Assembly (NCBI GenBank): GCA_044344255.1
Contig: JBIJDH010000034.1
Location: 1 to 57,933 of the forward strand
Origin: Myxococcota bacterium
Lineage (GTDB): Bacteria > Myxococcota_A > UBA796 > UBA2385
Reading direction: 5' to 3'
Length of the DNA stretch: 57,933 bases
Shown here: positions 56,833 to 57,933 of the stretch, piece after piece
Layout: each line of letters begins with the position of its first letter
Position numbering within the stretch: position 1 is the stretch's first letter
The notes under the pieces: generated by a model
Databases searched by the model: none
The model's input: only the letters and a program-made list of their open reading frames with translations
What the model was told of the DNA's origin: nothing
Position numbers and translations under genes: made by a program

Positions 56833-57076
56833 TCGTCGGCGACGTCACAATGGCGAGGCACCCAGCCACGGGCCGCGTTCGCCCCTTTCCCGGCCGCTGC
56901 GGCTGCACCCGACACCGAGGTCGACGGGGCCCGGACGAACGGTGCCGAAGGTCGCGGTGGGGTAGTTGATGGGGTGGAGTGCAGCGGCACGTCGTCGTCG
57001 CGCAGAGTCAGCGGCAATGATGGGCTTCTGGCGTTGACCTTGAGGTCCCGACGCGGTACCAGATTCGCTCCCTGGA

Positions 57077-57826
57077 GTGACCTTGCCCCACGTAATCAGC
57101 ATGATCAACTGGAAGGGCGGCGTCGGCAAGACCACGTCCACCCTTCATATCGGCGTAGGGATCCGGCTCGCCGTTCCCACCGCGAAAGTCCTGCTCGTCG
57201 ATCTCGACCCGCAATGCAACCTCTCCTACCTCGCTCTCGGAGTCGAGGGCTACGTCAAGCGGGTGTACCAGGATGGCGTTCCAACTCTGAAGAACCTCTT
57301 CGATGGCTACTTCCTGGGGGCAGCCCCCGCTCTTGACAAGTTAATTGTCAAGGGTTCCGTCGCGGCCTCGCCAGGAATGGTGTGGAGCGACGTAGATATT
57401 CTCTTGTCTCATCAGGAGCTGATTCTCCTCGACCTGCAGCTCGCCCGGACTCGGAAGAGCGGTACTGATCACCGGCAGGAGACGTCTTACGAGCTCGATA
57501 AGCTCCGAGTCTTGGCGAACGCTTTGGATGGGGTGCGAGACAACTACACCCACATCATCATCGATTGCCCTCCCAACGTAAACCTCGTGACACAAAACGC
57601 ATTCCTTGCCAGCGACCACTACTTGGTACCGGCAATTCCTGACTTCCTTTCAACGGTTGGCATTTCCTTGATCAAGCAGAAAATGATCGAGTTCGACACC
57701 GACTTCGCGGGGATGCACGAGTACGCCCGTTACCCTCGCCCGTACAAATCAACCAAGTTCCTTGGCATTGTCTTCAACATGGTGGACGAGTACGGGGGGG
57801 GTCCGAACAGGGCAATCGCATCTTGA
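57077..57826 (+). pseudogene. ParA/Soj-family ATPase, C-terminally interrupted by ISAs1
   Basis: NWKGGVGKTT, VDLDPQCNL, IIDCPPN, YLVPAIPDFLS, LGIVFNMV. The stop lies inside the IS end that begins at 57808. Confidence 0.8.
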
Positions 57827-57933
57827 CGGGGCAAGAGGTTAGCATGTGTTGATCTCTTACCGCCGGGCATCTGCCGCGGCCTCGGAGGTCGCCATGGCGA
57901 CGCTGCTGGAGCACTTCGACAACCTGCCAGACC
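57808..57933 (+). mobile_element. ISAs1-family insertion sequence, left end (runs off the window)
   Basis: CAGGGCAATCGCATC terminus. GGAGG RBS then ATG at 57894 encoding MATLLEHFDNLPD, the ISAs1 transposase N-terminal pattern. Confidence 0.8.

Noticed and set aside
1..57933. Complete DGR (template repeat plus reverse transcriptase)
   Set aside because: No AAC-rich template copy and no ORF with RT motifs was seen in the window.
1..57933. CRISPR array, tRNA or rRNA genes
   Set aside because: No repeat-spacer periodicity or recognisable RNA gene. The 69-bp repeat has no spacers and is coding.

Overview
High-GC bacterial accessory region. A Myxococcota/deltaproteobacteria-like host is inferred from gene style, not shown directly. 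From left to right: (1) the 3' end of an FGE-sulfatase/CLec-fold gene whose C-terminus resembles a DGR variable repeat; (2) an integrative element (~3.8-18.5 kb) with a large serine recombinase, DUF2924, a highly divergent family-A-like polymerase, a structured candidate origin, a DUF927 helicase whose primase domain looks catalytically dead, an excisionase-like HTH and regulators; (3) a surface/signalling cluster (MopE/RCC1 lipoprotein, kinase-FGE, FHA-HTH) next to a four-gene exported operon; (4) a defence island with a KAP NTPase, a complete type 2 BREX/Pgl system (pglW-X-Y-Z-brxD-brxHI), an unnamed leading gene and an antisense RloA/RloB (AbiL-like) pair inside the BREX operon; (5) IS relics (IS66, an IS21-like end, an rve-type transposase, and ISAs1 interrupting a ParA-like gene). 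The best candidate for a new system is the exported operon at 23104-26514. It encodes a lipoprotein with a gasdermin-like motif pattern, a DUF4384-like protein, a Tat-exported caspase-FGE fusion and a small secreted protein. The second-best candidate is the dead primase / divergent PolA / twin-hairpin replication module. All family calls are by-eye motif recognition; no searches were run.
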